Assembly (NCBI RefSeq): GCF_009914755.1
Contig: NC_060935.1
DNA from: the human T2T-CHM13v2.0 reference genome, Homo sapiens
Length of the DNA stretch: 64,000 nt
Direction: 5' to 3' (one strand)
Below the pieces are notes generated by a model, which was not told the origin of the DNA, searched no databases, and worked only from the letters and a program-made list of their open reading frames with translations. Position 1 is the first letter of the stretch; every line of letters starts with the position of its first letter. The translations under genes were made by a program, and so were the position numbers. Of the stretch, positions 41,266 through 51,898 are shown piece after piece.

Positions 41266-41328
41266 TCATGGGGCTTCGTTGGACCCAATCCCGTTGCCTT
41301 TGTTGACGTAGAATGGCCGGTAGTGAGA
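41266..41328 (-). CDS. TRIM29: TRIM29 last coding exon 9, coding part (SHYRPFYVNKGNGIGSNEAP*)
   Basis: CAG acceptor 41329-30 after pyrimidine tract; TGA stop at 41266-68; matches recognised TRIM29 C-terminus. Confidence 0.96.
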   Translation of the reverse strand, partial: SHYRPFYVNKGNGIGSNEAP

Positions 41329-41639
41329 CTGTGGGGGAAACAAGAGTGGTCAGCGAGGCCAGACGACAGATGAGCCTGCTAGCTAGACCCACCCTACCCT
41401 AACCTGCCTCAGGAGGCAGCAGTGATCCAAGACCCGACAATTCTAGGGGCCTTTTTGGCCTGATCTGCAAGATTTACCTACCCTGTGATCAGGGGCTGGT
41501 CCCTAATGTCAGGATCTCCAGATTGGAATCCTAATTGGAGTCCATTCCCATAGTTAGTGGGTGAGCTTGAACCTCAGCCCCCGCATTACACTGGTCGAAA
41601 TTTCTCTCCACAGCTCAAGGAGGTTCCTCCAGCGCCACC

Positions 41640-41870
41640 ACAGCTACTATTTATATAGCACTTTCTACTCCACAGAACTTCACAGCACTGTGTCGAGGGC
41701 TGTATGTGGATGCACTCATTTAATTTTTACAACCACCCAATTAAATAGATTACTATTATCATATTCAATTTATAGTTGAGCAAACCAAGGCACAGAGAGG
41801 CTAGGCAACTTGCCCAAGGTCACTCAGCTGGTAAGCAAGGAGCCAGAATCCAAGCCCCAGCAGGCTGCCT
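41640..41870. mobile_element. MIR in TRIM29 intron 8
   Basis: aaaccaaggcacagagaggctaggcaacttgcccaaggtcactcagctggtaag. Confidence 0.75.
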
Positions 41871-42388
41871 CCAAAACCCACACCCCCAGCTGCCAGTTCT
41901 CGGCATCACTTCTCTTATGGTGAGGGCTTCCAGGATTTTCTTCGCCTCTCTCTGCATAAATTTCCCTTACAGAAGGGGTGCAGAGAGGGTAAAGAACTGC
42001 CCCAGTCCAACACGGTCCCAGGCTCCCCACAGCCCTTTGCCTCTCTCGTCCTGTTCCTCTTCCCCCAGCCATTGGTACAGGGAGCATCTCTGGAGAGAGA
42101 GCCCAGTGACAGCTCTCCCAGCCTTCTCCATGTATTGTATCTCCCAGTAATTTCATGAAATCAGCATGCCCCACCCTGCCCAGATAACTTCATCAGGGCC
42201 CTGAGGAGGCAGCCCTCCAGGATGGAGTGGAAGAGCACAGCTTAGCTGCTGCTCACCCACGCAAGCACCATCAGCCCCCGGGGGTCTCAGGAAGAGGATT
42301 TGTCCCTGAGCTGGGTCAGAGACTGAGCCCACTCCCATGCCCTGCGGATCCCAATACAGGAGACATCATTTGCCCCTCACACACACAC

Positions 42389-42507
42389 CTCAAGGGTACA
42401 CTGCCTTTGGCCCTGTCTCTCAGGGAACTGACACCTCCTGGTCAGCTCCTTGCCTTTGTGTGGTCCACAGCAGGACTTGAGGGATGCTCAGACCTTGCTT
42501 AAACCAC
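42389..42507 (-). other. TRIM29: Candidate alternative TRIM29 exon in intron 8 encoding VV-stop (beta-type C-terminus)
   Basis: Minus strand tttgtttaatag|GTG GTT TAA in frame after exon 8; putative donor GAG|GTGTGT at 42387-88 (donor less certain). Confidence 0.6.
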
Positions 42508-44189
42508 CTATTAAACAAAGGAAGAAACTGAGACCCAGGGAGGGGTAAGAACAGCTACTTACTGGCAAAGCAGAGCCTGGACCAGGTCTCCTGACCCCCA
42601 GGGGCCAGCCTGGACCCCAAGCAATTCATAGGGCAAAGTGAACAGATTTGGAAATGGCTGAAGCCTTTCTTTGAGGAACATTGGGTCAATAATATGGGTT
42701 GCAGGTCAATGAATGGCATTGTCTGGTTAAAAGCCTGGAGTAGTAGGTGGGCATCAGGGCAAAATGCTACCTTCACCCTCCCATCCCCTCCCTGGCTTGA
42801 GGTCACAGCACATACAGCAGGTGGAAGAGCTGCAAAATCATCCTAATTATGGATGGGAAAACTGAGGCACAAAGGAATCATTTTTCCTCATGCAAAGTCA
42901 CACAGCAAGTCAATGAGACAGCTGGGGCCAGCCCCCAGGGAAATTGATTCCCAGCTCAGCTTCTCTGCAGCCCAGCGCCTGTCTCCACTCTCCCAGTGCT
43001 GGGTGCTTGCTGGACACCAAAACCTTGCTCTGCCAGGGGCCTCAAAGTGCTGATGAGCCTTCTCTTCAGGGCCCCAGGCTCTGAGAGGGTGGAAAAGTAT
43101 GTAGTAGGGAGGGGAAGGACTGAGTCTAGAACAGAAACCTTCTTTTTTCTCCCCATATCTGCTTTCTGCAGTCCTGCTGTTGCAATGCCCCTGGGTCCAG
43201 CTCCAAATTACATACACGATCACTTAGCTCCCATCCCCAGCAATTAAAGATCCTCTCCAATTAAACCAACCCCAGCCATTCTTTGTGGTCCAGGGCAAAT
43301 CACCTCTCCTGCTCTGACCTCCAATTGCAAGGACAGCAAGAAACAAGGGCTCCGGCCCTGGTTCCAGCAGAGCTCCTGATGCCATCCACATGCCACGGCA
43401 GTGGCCGACTCCTGTAGCAGGGCCTAGAATGGACCTTCAGGAGCAAGGCATTCAGGCACATGGGGGCTCTGCATGTGAACTACAGTCCCCGATCACTGAG
43501 GTCTCAGTCAGGGTCAGATATGTCAGATCTAACGGGCACTGGGGATCATCTCAGTCCCCACATAATAAAAAGCAAGGAAGAGTCTCAGAGAGGGTATCTA
43601 ATTCATCCAGGACCCCACCGTCAGCAGGTGGCCTGGACCCCAAAGCCATGCTTCCCTGTCATGCTGCTCTTCTGATATGCCTGGCCTCGGGTCATTAGAT
43701 ATTGACCCTAAATATATCTATTCCCGACTTTCCAGTCTCTCCCACCCCCACATTATCACCCCAATGGCCTCTATGCTGTCAGAACTGGAGAACTGCCCCC
43801 AGGGAGGTGGGACCCATCTCTAGGAGGAGGCCTGTCCTCCCACTGGGCTGTTTTACAATCCCAGAGCTGGCAGAACCCAAGCTGCCATTCCACTAGCATA
43901 GGCATCCAACAAGCATTTGCCAAATAAAAAAATCAAGGCTGCCCATTTTATAGATCAGAAAACTGAGGTCCAGAGAGTGTATGCTTAGCTAGTCCCCTGC
44001 CCATTAGCCCTGGGTCTCTACTACCCTCTGCTGTGTACAGGTATTCAGGCCACTGCTGCCTCCTTCTCCTCCACCCCATGGCCCAGAGAAGTCCTCCCAC
44101 AGGCCCTGGAACCGATTGCCTCCAGGGAGCCCCCTTCAGTGCCCAGGTCTCTGGATGTGCCCAGGCCCTCCCGGCAGCACTTCCCTTAC

Positions 44190-44266
44190 CAGCATAGTCT
44201 GCTTGCCAGATTTCCAAGTCTGGGGCTGGGCCTTGGGGCTTTGGCTCCGCATGAGGGAGGGATAGC
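44190..44266 (-). CDS. TRIM29: TRIM29 coding exon 8 (77 bp, GYPSLMRSQSPKAQPQTWKSGKQTML)
   Basis: Manual translation; CAG acceptor 44267-68, GTAAGG donor 44188-89; phase 1-0. Confidence 0.96.
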
Positions 44267-47074
44267 CTGGGAAGACAAGAGATTCAGGTCAAAGGGAGCA
44301 GCGCTGGTGGCCAGGGGTGCCCGGGCCCAGAGCAGCACAGCTGCCTTCTCCAAAGTGACCACCAAGCATCATCCAGCCCATTACCAAATGCAGCCGTCTG
44401 AACACGCGTGCAGCAGCCAGGGTGCCGCAACCGAAAATCCTGGGGAGGCTGGCCAAAGGGAGGAGGCAGCAAAGCAGACAGAAGGAGGAGGAGCCGGCCA
44501 GGTGGGCTGGACCAGGCAGCAGGGGAGTGTTGCCCCCACATCCAGCGCAGCATCACACTGCTCTGCAGGGATTTCCACTCACCCACCCCGGAGGTTTACA
44601 CCACGGGCCCTCCCCTTCCCAGAGCCCAGGAGCGCCACGCATAAGCATGGCCTGCCAGAGTTTCCCGGCAGGAGGCGCTCACTTGGACTCCCCTGTGCTG
44701 TTTGGACGATGCTTCCCATTCACGGAGCCCCACTTGTGCCAAGCACTGTGGAAGGGACTTTGTAGATGTCTCCTCACTGAGCCTGGCCCCGTATCTATGA
44801 GCTCAGCAGTCTGCCTGAGTTGCACAGCTCATAAGCAGCAAACCAGGTGCTGGGGAGCACCGCAGGCAGGCGGGGGACAGAGTGCCGGAAATCCAAAACC
44901 CAAATTCATGTTTTTTTCTCCCTGGCTTTGTGGCCCCTCCCCTGTTTCACTAGCCAGAGACTAGGGCCTAGAGAGGTGCAGGAATCTGTCATTGTGGCCG
45001 CCACCCAGGGTTAGGATGGCAAGCCCAAGAGGCCTGGAGCAGGTGCGCTCTCTGAGCTTGGTTGCAAAGATGCTAGTCTAAGACGGGGCCGCCTTGACTC
45101 CCTGCGCCTCAGCCCAGACAGACCTGAAAGGAGCTCTGGTTCACAGCACAGTGAAGGCACTCTCAGTGTCAGCCATCAGCCTGCAGGGACGCCTGGGAAG
45201 ACACAGGCCATGACCTGGATGCTGAGGCCCTCAAGAAATAAGCAGGGTCTGTCCTGGGCCAGATCTCTGTCCAGTGAGAGGCTGCATGCGGTCTGTCTCG
45301 GGAAAGCCCCTCTCCTGCCCTGCTCTAAGCGAGGATGAGCAGGTCAGGCTCATGATGAGCACTGCCAGGCTGCCAGTTGGGTTGGCCCTTCCCAGGTTGG
45401 CACTGAGCAAGGAGGAGGGGGAGGAGACAGAGCAAAGAACCTGGGTCTCTTCCTGCATCTGAGGGTGGGAGCAGCCTTGGAAAGGGGGGTTCCAGGGATC
45501 CTGAGTGGAGATTAAGAGGGGTAATTCAGGCCTCATCTCTCAGTTCCCAGAAAGAAAATCCCATGCCAGCCATGAGAGAGGGGAGAATGGAAACAGGGGT
45601 GGGGTCAGGGTGGCCCAAGACACCCGCCTTGTGCAGCAGGCAGAAGTCCAGATAGAGAGTGTGCTGGGGTGGCAGGTGGGGCATGCATCCCTCTCCAGGG
45701 AGCTCTGGGGAGAAGGGACTGGCACACCCTAGAAGTGGCAGAGAGCCCCCCATGTCCCACCTGCCCCGCTGTGGGAGAGAAAAGGGGAGGGATGGAAAAT
45801 GGGCAGATACCGGGATTATTTTTAGACAGCCCACTGCGACCCAGTGGTTTGGAAAACTCTGCAGTGGCCTGTCCCAAGGTGGTGAACTGATAAGGGGTTT
45901 TCCCAGTGCCTGCTGGGAGAGAGAGAGGCATTAGTGGCACAGCGCTGGTCCCAGAGGGGCCAAAAGGACCCACACCTCATTCTGGGGGCTGCTCTGAATC
46001 ACACCTGAGAGCGGCCACCTCCCCTGCCAGGTGCTCTGTGGGCCAGGCTTGAGCAGAGAGCAGAAAGGCGCCTGCTAGAAGCCAAACAGGCCAAGGCAAG
46101 TCCTGGAGCTCCCCAGGCCCGGATCAGAGCTAAGACATGCCCGGGGCTCCTGCAGGCTGGGACCCTCCACCCATAGTCCTGTCTCCTCCCTCTTGCCGGC
46201 AGCTCCAAGAATCCCTGTCCTGGGTATAGTATAGGACCCTGGGCCGGAAGGGACAACTGAGTGATGAGGCCTCAGAGACCACTGTTCAGGGGTCTCTCTG
46301 CCCTGCATAGCCCCTTTCCCTCTCCTGAGCCCACCCAATGTGCTGATCTTGACTTCCAGGCCAGATGTTTGGGGTGCCAGAAGAGAGACAGGGTTACTCC
46401 CACCACAGCCATTAGAGCTGTCCCTGGGATCTTTCAGGAGATACATGAGGGTCTGGGGCCCATAGCCAGAGTCTGGTTCAAGCCTGCCCCCTCAGGATGC
46501 CCCCAACCCCAGGGGACAGGAGGCGTCAATCACTCTGCCTTGTCAGAGTGCTGGGAGCACCACAGGCAGGCGGGGGACAGAGTGCAGGAAAAGAGGATCA
46601 GCCTTGGGGGGACTTAGGGTCGTCTGGTCCTGCCTTTCCCAAAGGGGCGCCTGCAGGATTGGATCTGCAGGATGCTGGCAGGTGCCCCATGGCCACAGGA
46701 CCCTAGAGCCAGCCAACGCTGGGAGTTAAATAAACTCTGCAGTAGGAGAAGCAGCATCCTGAGGATCAGAGAGGTCGAGTGCAGGGGGTATGGCATGTCC
46801 CCCGGTCCTGACCACTGAGAGCTGTTGTTGCAGCGTGTAGTTAGAGACTAGAGAGCGGTGAAACAAGCCCTGGGAAACGCTGATGTGGCCCAGCCCCCAC
46901 CCCTGCCCTCATTTTCAGCAAAGACCATGGCGGTAGCTCCCGGGCTCTCAGGCCAGGCCTCTCTCCTCCACGAGGTGAGGGAGGAACTAGCAGCTCAGCG
47001 AAGAGACCCAAGCAGGGCTTGGGAGGTGTGAGGCAGCTGTGGAGGAAAGCAGGGGCCAGGGTGGGCAAGCTCAC

Positions 47075-47173
47075 CTTTCAGGGAGAAGGAGGAGCTGCCT
47101 TGGACGACGGGCAGGTCATTGTCAGAGTTCTGAATGCTGGAGGAGTACTCCCAGACCCGGGAGGTGTAGTTAC
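47075..47173 (-). CDS. TRIM29: TRIM29 coding exon 7 (99 bp, GNYTSRVWEYSSSIQNSDNDLPVVQGSSSFSLK-G)
   Basis: Manual minus-strand translation; CAG acceptor 47174-75, GTGAGC donor 47073-74; phase 1-1. Confidence 0.96.
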
Positions 47174-49193
47174 CTGGCAGGACAAAGAAGGGCTGTCAGG
47201 CCCCCACAGCTGGGAGTGGGAGAGGAGGCAGGACCAGGACACAGCCAGGTGTATGACTCTCTAGCCTCTGGCCACAACTTAAGCCAGGATGCCACTGTGT
47301 GATCCCAGTGACGCCTCACCCCCATCCTTCTGCCACCAAAGCTATCTTTCTAAAATATAAAGCATAGTCTTGTCCCTGCCCTACCTAAAGGCCACTGTCC
47401 TCAGAATAAGGGACAAAGTCCCAAGAGCAGCCCAGAGCTCTGTCGTGAGTTGCTCCCCCAACCCCCACCACCCACCCACCATCTCCCACTTCTTGACTTC
47501 ACCTCTGCCCTCCCTCCACCACTAGACATTCAAACCAGGCTAAGCCTCAGTGTCTGAGACACTCCATCTTCTCTCCTGCCCCAGGCTATGTGCCCAGACC
47601 CTGTCCTCTGCCTAGGACACTTCTCCTGCTTGCCACCCTCAGCGATTCATGGGTGGGGTCTTCAAGTGTCAGCTTACATGGCACCTCCCAACGTCTGCAT
47701 GTGCCTTCAGCTCCATCCCCACATCGTCCTGCACCCCCTACCCTCTGGGTCGCAATTACATGTTCAATTGTCTATCTCCTGCAGTGAGCTCACGTGAACT
47801 GGGAATGTGCCTGTCTGGCCCCTGCATCACACCTGGTGCCTGGCACAGAGCCTGGTTCCTGGAAGGTGCTCATTGTATGGTTGATGGATAGAATGCATGA
47901 ACCAACGAACGAATGAATACAAACACATCCTAAAACTTGGGGACAAGACAGTTGATAGTTGCCAAGTTGAATAGGCTAACACATGCCTATGTGCAGACAT
48001 GTTCTATAGTCCAGAGGAGAAGAAGGCAGTGGGAAGGGGGTGGGAGAAGCTGCCAGGGCACTCAGAGGGCACTGGAGTGGGGGGCTCAGAGTCCCCATGG
48101 GTGACGCACACTTCTCCAGCACCACACCCCCACCTGCCAGGCTTGAAGCATCAGTGACCTCCTTAGTCAAGCTCACTCCTTAGCAGCCTGTGGGGAGGGC
48201 TGGGGGCTGACTTTTGGGCTCAGGGGTCACAGATGGCTGGGGTTGGCCACCTGCCCCTGTGCAAAGCCCTCCCACAGGGATCCCAGGCAGCTTCTGTAGC
48301 AAGGCCTCAGTAAGCACGTCCAGCCAGGGTTCCGCGAGGCCAGACACCTTGCCCTCCTGTTCACTCATGCCTTTAGCCTCTCTCTCAACAACTGCTTCCT
48401 GACCCCCTCCTACTTTTGAGCTCTGGGCCTGTAGCAGCGAACAGGACAGACACAGCTCTGTCCTCAAGGTGCCCAAGGTCTACTGCATATGTGGAGGAGG
48501 GGTGCCGCTGATCACGGCTGTGAATCCAATTCTGGATGTAGAGGCCCAGGCATTGCTCTGGTGCCCCTGACCCTCCAGTCTCCATGAGTCTTGCCCTCAC
48601 TGAAGAGTCCTCCAGTGCTATGTCTAGGGTGGGGGCTGACCCAGTCCCCTCCCTCCCTGTGCATGGCTGGCATGTGACCAGGAGCCCCCAGGACAGAACC
48701 AGGGTCTCCCAGAACCAGGTCTCATTGAATGCATGGCCCTGCCCTTGAGCAAATGGTCCCCTCAGAGCACTGGGCAGAGGGAGACCCTGAACTTAGCAGC
48801 TTCCCCTGGGGAAGCCACATCCCCACACCCATTTCATCCCATCTGGGTCTTAAGGTGCTGCTCGCTTGCCTCACCACCTGGAGCTCCAGGGCCAGCCCCA
48901 TTTCCTGCCGTGCCTTCCTTTCCAGTCACAGCCAAGTTGACAACTAACCACTGTACGACTTTTCACTGCAGAAGTACTCAAATCAGTAGAGATTCTCTTT
49001 GGGTCCTCGTGCCCTCATACTTGTGGGGGGGGGGCGCATTCCCCACACTTAAGCCCAAGGTGGCTGCTCAGACCCAGTTTTCCCCAGATCCTTCCTCAGG
49101 GATCAGAAGAGCACACAGACTCAGGGATCTCCAGGGATGCCGAGATTCCTGGCTGTTTTTCCTCCAGCCTAACTAATGGTGTCCCCCACACAT

Positions 49194-49194
<1 letters not shown>

Positions 49195-49229
<35 letters not shown>
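49195..49229. repeat. (CA)n microsatellite, intron 6
   Basis: Direct observation. Confidence 0.95.
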
Positions 49230-49231
<2 letters not shown>

Positions 49232-49409
49232 TAAGCTCGGTAGGTAGGACCCCTCCCTACCCATGCCTGGACCCTCCACCCATCCTAGCTTCCCACATTC
49301 ATCTCACACTGGGGTCCCAGCCCTGTGCCCCTGGACCCACCTCTATGCCCCTCCTGCCTGCACAGCCCCACATGAACTCTGTGCACCCTTGAGCTGAGCC
49401 ACCACCTAC

Positions 49410-49502
49410 CTTTGGTGCCATAGAGATTGTTGAAATTCTTCTGGGTGGTCTCCTTGGTGAAGCGGCCAGGAGACGAGGGCTGGTATGATGTCCGGACCCC
49501 AC
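49410..49502 (-). CDS. TRIM29: TRIM29 coding exon 6 (93 bp, GGVRTSYQPSSPGRFTKETTQKNFNNLYGTK-G)
   Basis: Inside ORF 49285..49635; AG acceptor 49503-04, GTAGGT donor 49408-09; phase 1-1. Confidence 0.96.
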
Positions 49503-50957
49503 CTGTGAAGCAGATGAAGGGGGCTGTCATTGCAGAAAATTGTCTCATCAGGACTCCTTGCCCCCAAAAAGTTGCCCAAGTGCCCATCACAGGACCTGGA
49601 TTCCACCACTGAGAGAAGTCCTTTGGGTCTGACATAAGTCAATCAACTAATTTATCACCCAAATTGGCATGCTTTTGAGAGTAGAAGGACTCTGTTAGTA
49701 ACCGTGCAGAGAGCATCAGCATAAACTTGGAGAGGCCATGGCAACCACGAGGGCAGAAGCAGTAGGCTCTCAGCCACGTGAGGGTGGGGCCTCCTGGAAG
49801 TGGCCTAATGAGCCAGAAACACCTCCCAGGGGCCCACCCAGGCTGCTGCTTCCCGGGAGATCAGAGCCTCACTTCACAAGTGCTTTCCTTCCCGCACACC
49901 TGGGCTCTCACAACAGCCTTGTGAGGAAGCAGTGGGGACTGATACCACCACCGATACCCAGCTGAAAACAATGAGCTCCCCATGTGTATTCTAGCCCTCT
50001 GTTACCTCTGTCCTTCCCCACCTGACCCTCAGATGACACCACACCCCCATTTCCGGCCCTGCCAGTCCTTCCTGTAAGCCTTTGTGCCTGTGTTCCCTGA
50101 TGCCCTCTGCCCTTCGCAGTCATGCTCCCTCTACTGAGCACAGGTTCCTGGAAATTCACCCCTCCAGGGAAGGAGTCACAGCCACTGTCAATCCCACTGA
50201 CCTCAAAGCTCCCAGACTCAGGACCCAGTCCCTTTAGGGGCCTTGTTTCTTTCATCTCCTTGGTGATTGCTTCCTGTCCTCCCCCCAACTCCACCCTGAG
50301 CCTGGGAGCTCCCAGAGGGCAGATTTCCTGTCCCTCCTGTCCTCGGCACAGGCTACCCACAGTGCTTGGGCAGGGATGCCGGGGGAACCTGTTTCTTCCA
50401 TCACAGACATCATAGACTGACTCACAGTGCAGAGCTGGGAAGTCTCCCAGCATGTGAGCACAACCTCCCCTCTCTTCAGATACAGGTACTGAGGCCTGCC
50501 CAAGATGCCCCAGGCCCTAGGCCCTCGGGGTGGCATCATAGTGGGTGCTGCTGTTCCCTCCACCCCCTCCCACAACCTGCAGGAGGCTCACACTGGGCCC
50601 TCAGTCTCCTACAGAGCAGGAGAGACCCGCAGGAGCCTGTCAGGGCACTCGATGGCACCCCAGGGCCTGGTCCATGGATGGAAGGGAGAGACAGGAGGGA
50701 CAGGGCCAGGGCGAGGCCAGGTAGGGGTTCTGAGGAGAGGGGTGCTGGGGCCGGCACTCCCAGAACTTGCCCAAAGGCACAGCACCCCAGGCAGGGAGGA
50801 GGCAGGCTGGCCGGCTGGGGCCTGGCCCACACCAGGAATGTCAGAGGAGGGAAAGCCCAACAACCAAGAAGCCCAGGGGTTGTTTTCAAACTGGGTGGGG
50901 CGGCACAGGTGCTTTTCTGTTGAGCTCATCTCTCCAAATCCCCCAAGCCTCTCCCAT

Positions 50958-50962
50958 TGTGT

Positions 50963-51007
<45 letters not shown>
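50958..51007. repeat. (TG)n microsatellite, intron 5
   Basis: Direct observation, one GA interruption. Confidence 0.95.
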
Positions 51008-51012
<5 letters not shown>

Positions 51013-51796
51013 CGTGTGTGAATTACTGATTAGCTCCCGGAGGCTTCCCCCTCCCCAGCCCCTGTGCCTTACCCAGGCCTCCCTCCTCCCCCAGCCTCCC
51101 TCTCCCACATGCACAGGCACACACCCTCATGGTCCGAGGGCTGGCACACCCACCCTTATGTAACGGGTATTGCTGTGGTTTGTTGCTGGCGCCCAAGAAT
51201 GTGAGAGGCCACCACAGGGCAAGGACAGGCAGGCACTGGTCTGTGCTAGGCCGGCACCTTGCAGGCTGGGACTGTCCAGGGCCTGAGAGGGAGGGCCAAG
51301 GGGGCCAGGGTGCAGAGCCAGGAAACTCAGAAGAGGAGGGACCACTCTCCCTGCCTAGGGGAGCAGAATGGTCCTGGGGTCGGCAGCCATCTCACAGGGC
51401 TCAGCCCCTACAAAACCTGAGCCAAAGCAAAACACAGCACCGGCCTGGCAGAAGGGAGCCCAGGAGACCTCCGGAAGGAAAGAGAAGCAGAGGTGTGGGC
51501 TGGAAGTGAGAAGGCAAGGAGGGCAAAGAGGTGCTGCCTGTGTGGCCCGGGAGGAATGCCTCTGAGGAGCTGGCACCAGGTAACTTCTCATTCGAACCAG
51601 GACACTTCTGAGAGCTAACACAGACCTGTTCATCATCACATCAGGACAACACGTAGATGCCAGGACTTTCCCAGGCAAACTGGACATGCCATCACCCCCA
51701 CTCAGAAGGAACCTGGCTGAGAGTCACTGCACGGACTTTGGGGGCCCCTGGGCAGCAGGAGAGACACTAGGTCTGGGGTGAGGGGCTCCCTCTTAC

Positions 51797-51898
51797 CTTT
51801 GGGTGTCAGGTACATGGAGTATCTCTTCATGGTGTCCGGTGCACTCCACTCACCCCCGAAGCTGTTCGTGTAGTTGTTCACATAGCGATGGTCACCAC
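51797..51898 (-). CDS. TRIM29: TRIM29 coding exon 5 (102 bp, GGDHRYVNNYTNSFGGEWSAPDTMKRYSMYLTPK-G)
   Basis: Inside ORF 51702..52061; AG acceptor 51899-900, GTAAGA donor 51795-96; phase 1-1. Confidence 0.97.

Noticed and set aside
44139-44765. 208-aa + strand ORF antisense to exon 8
   Set aside because: GC-rich chance ORF with GTG start and no recognisable domain
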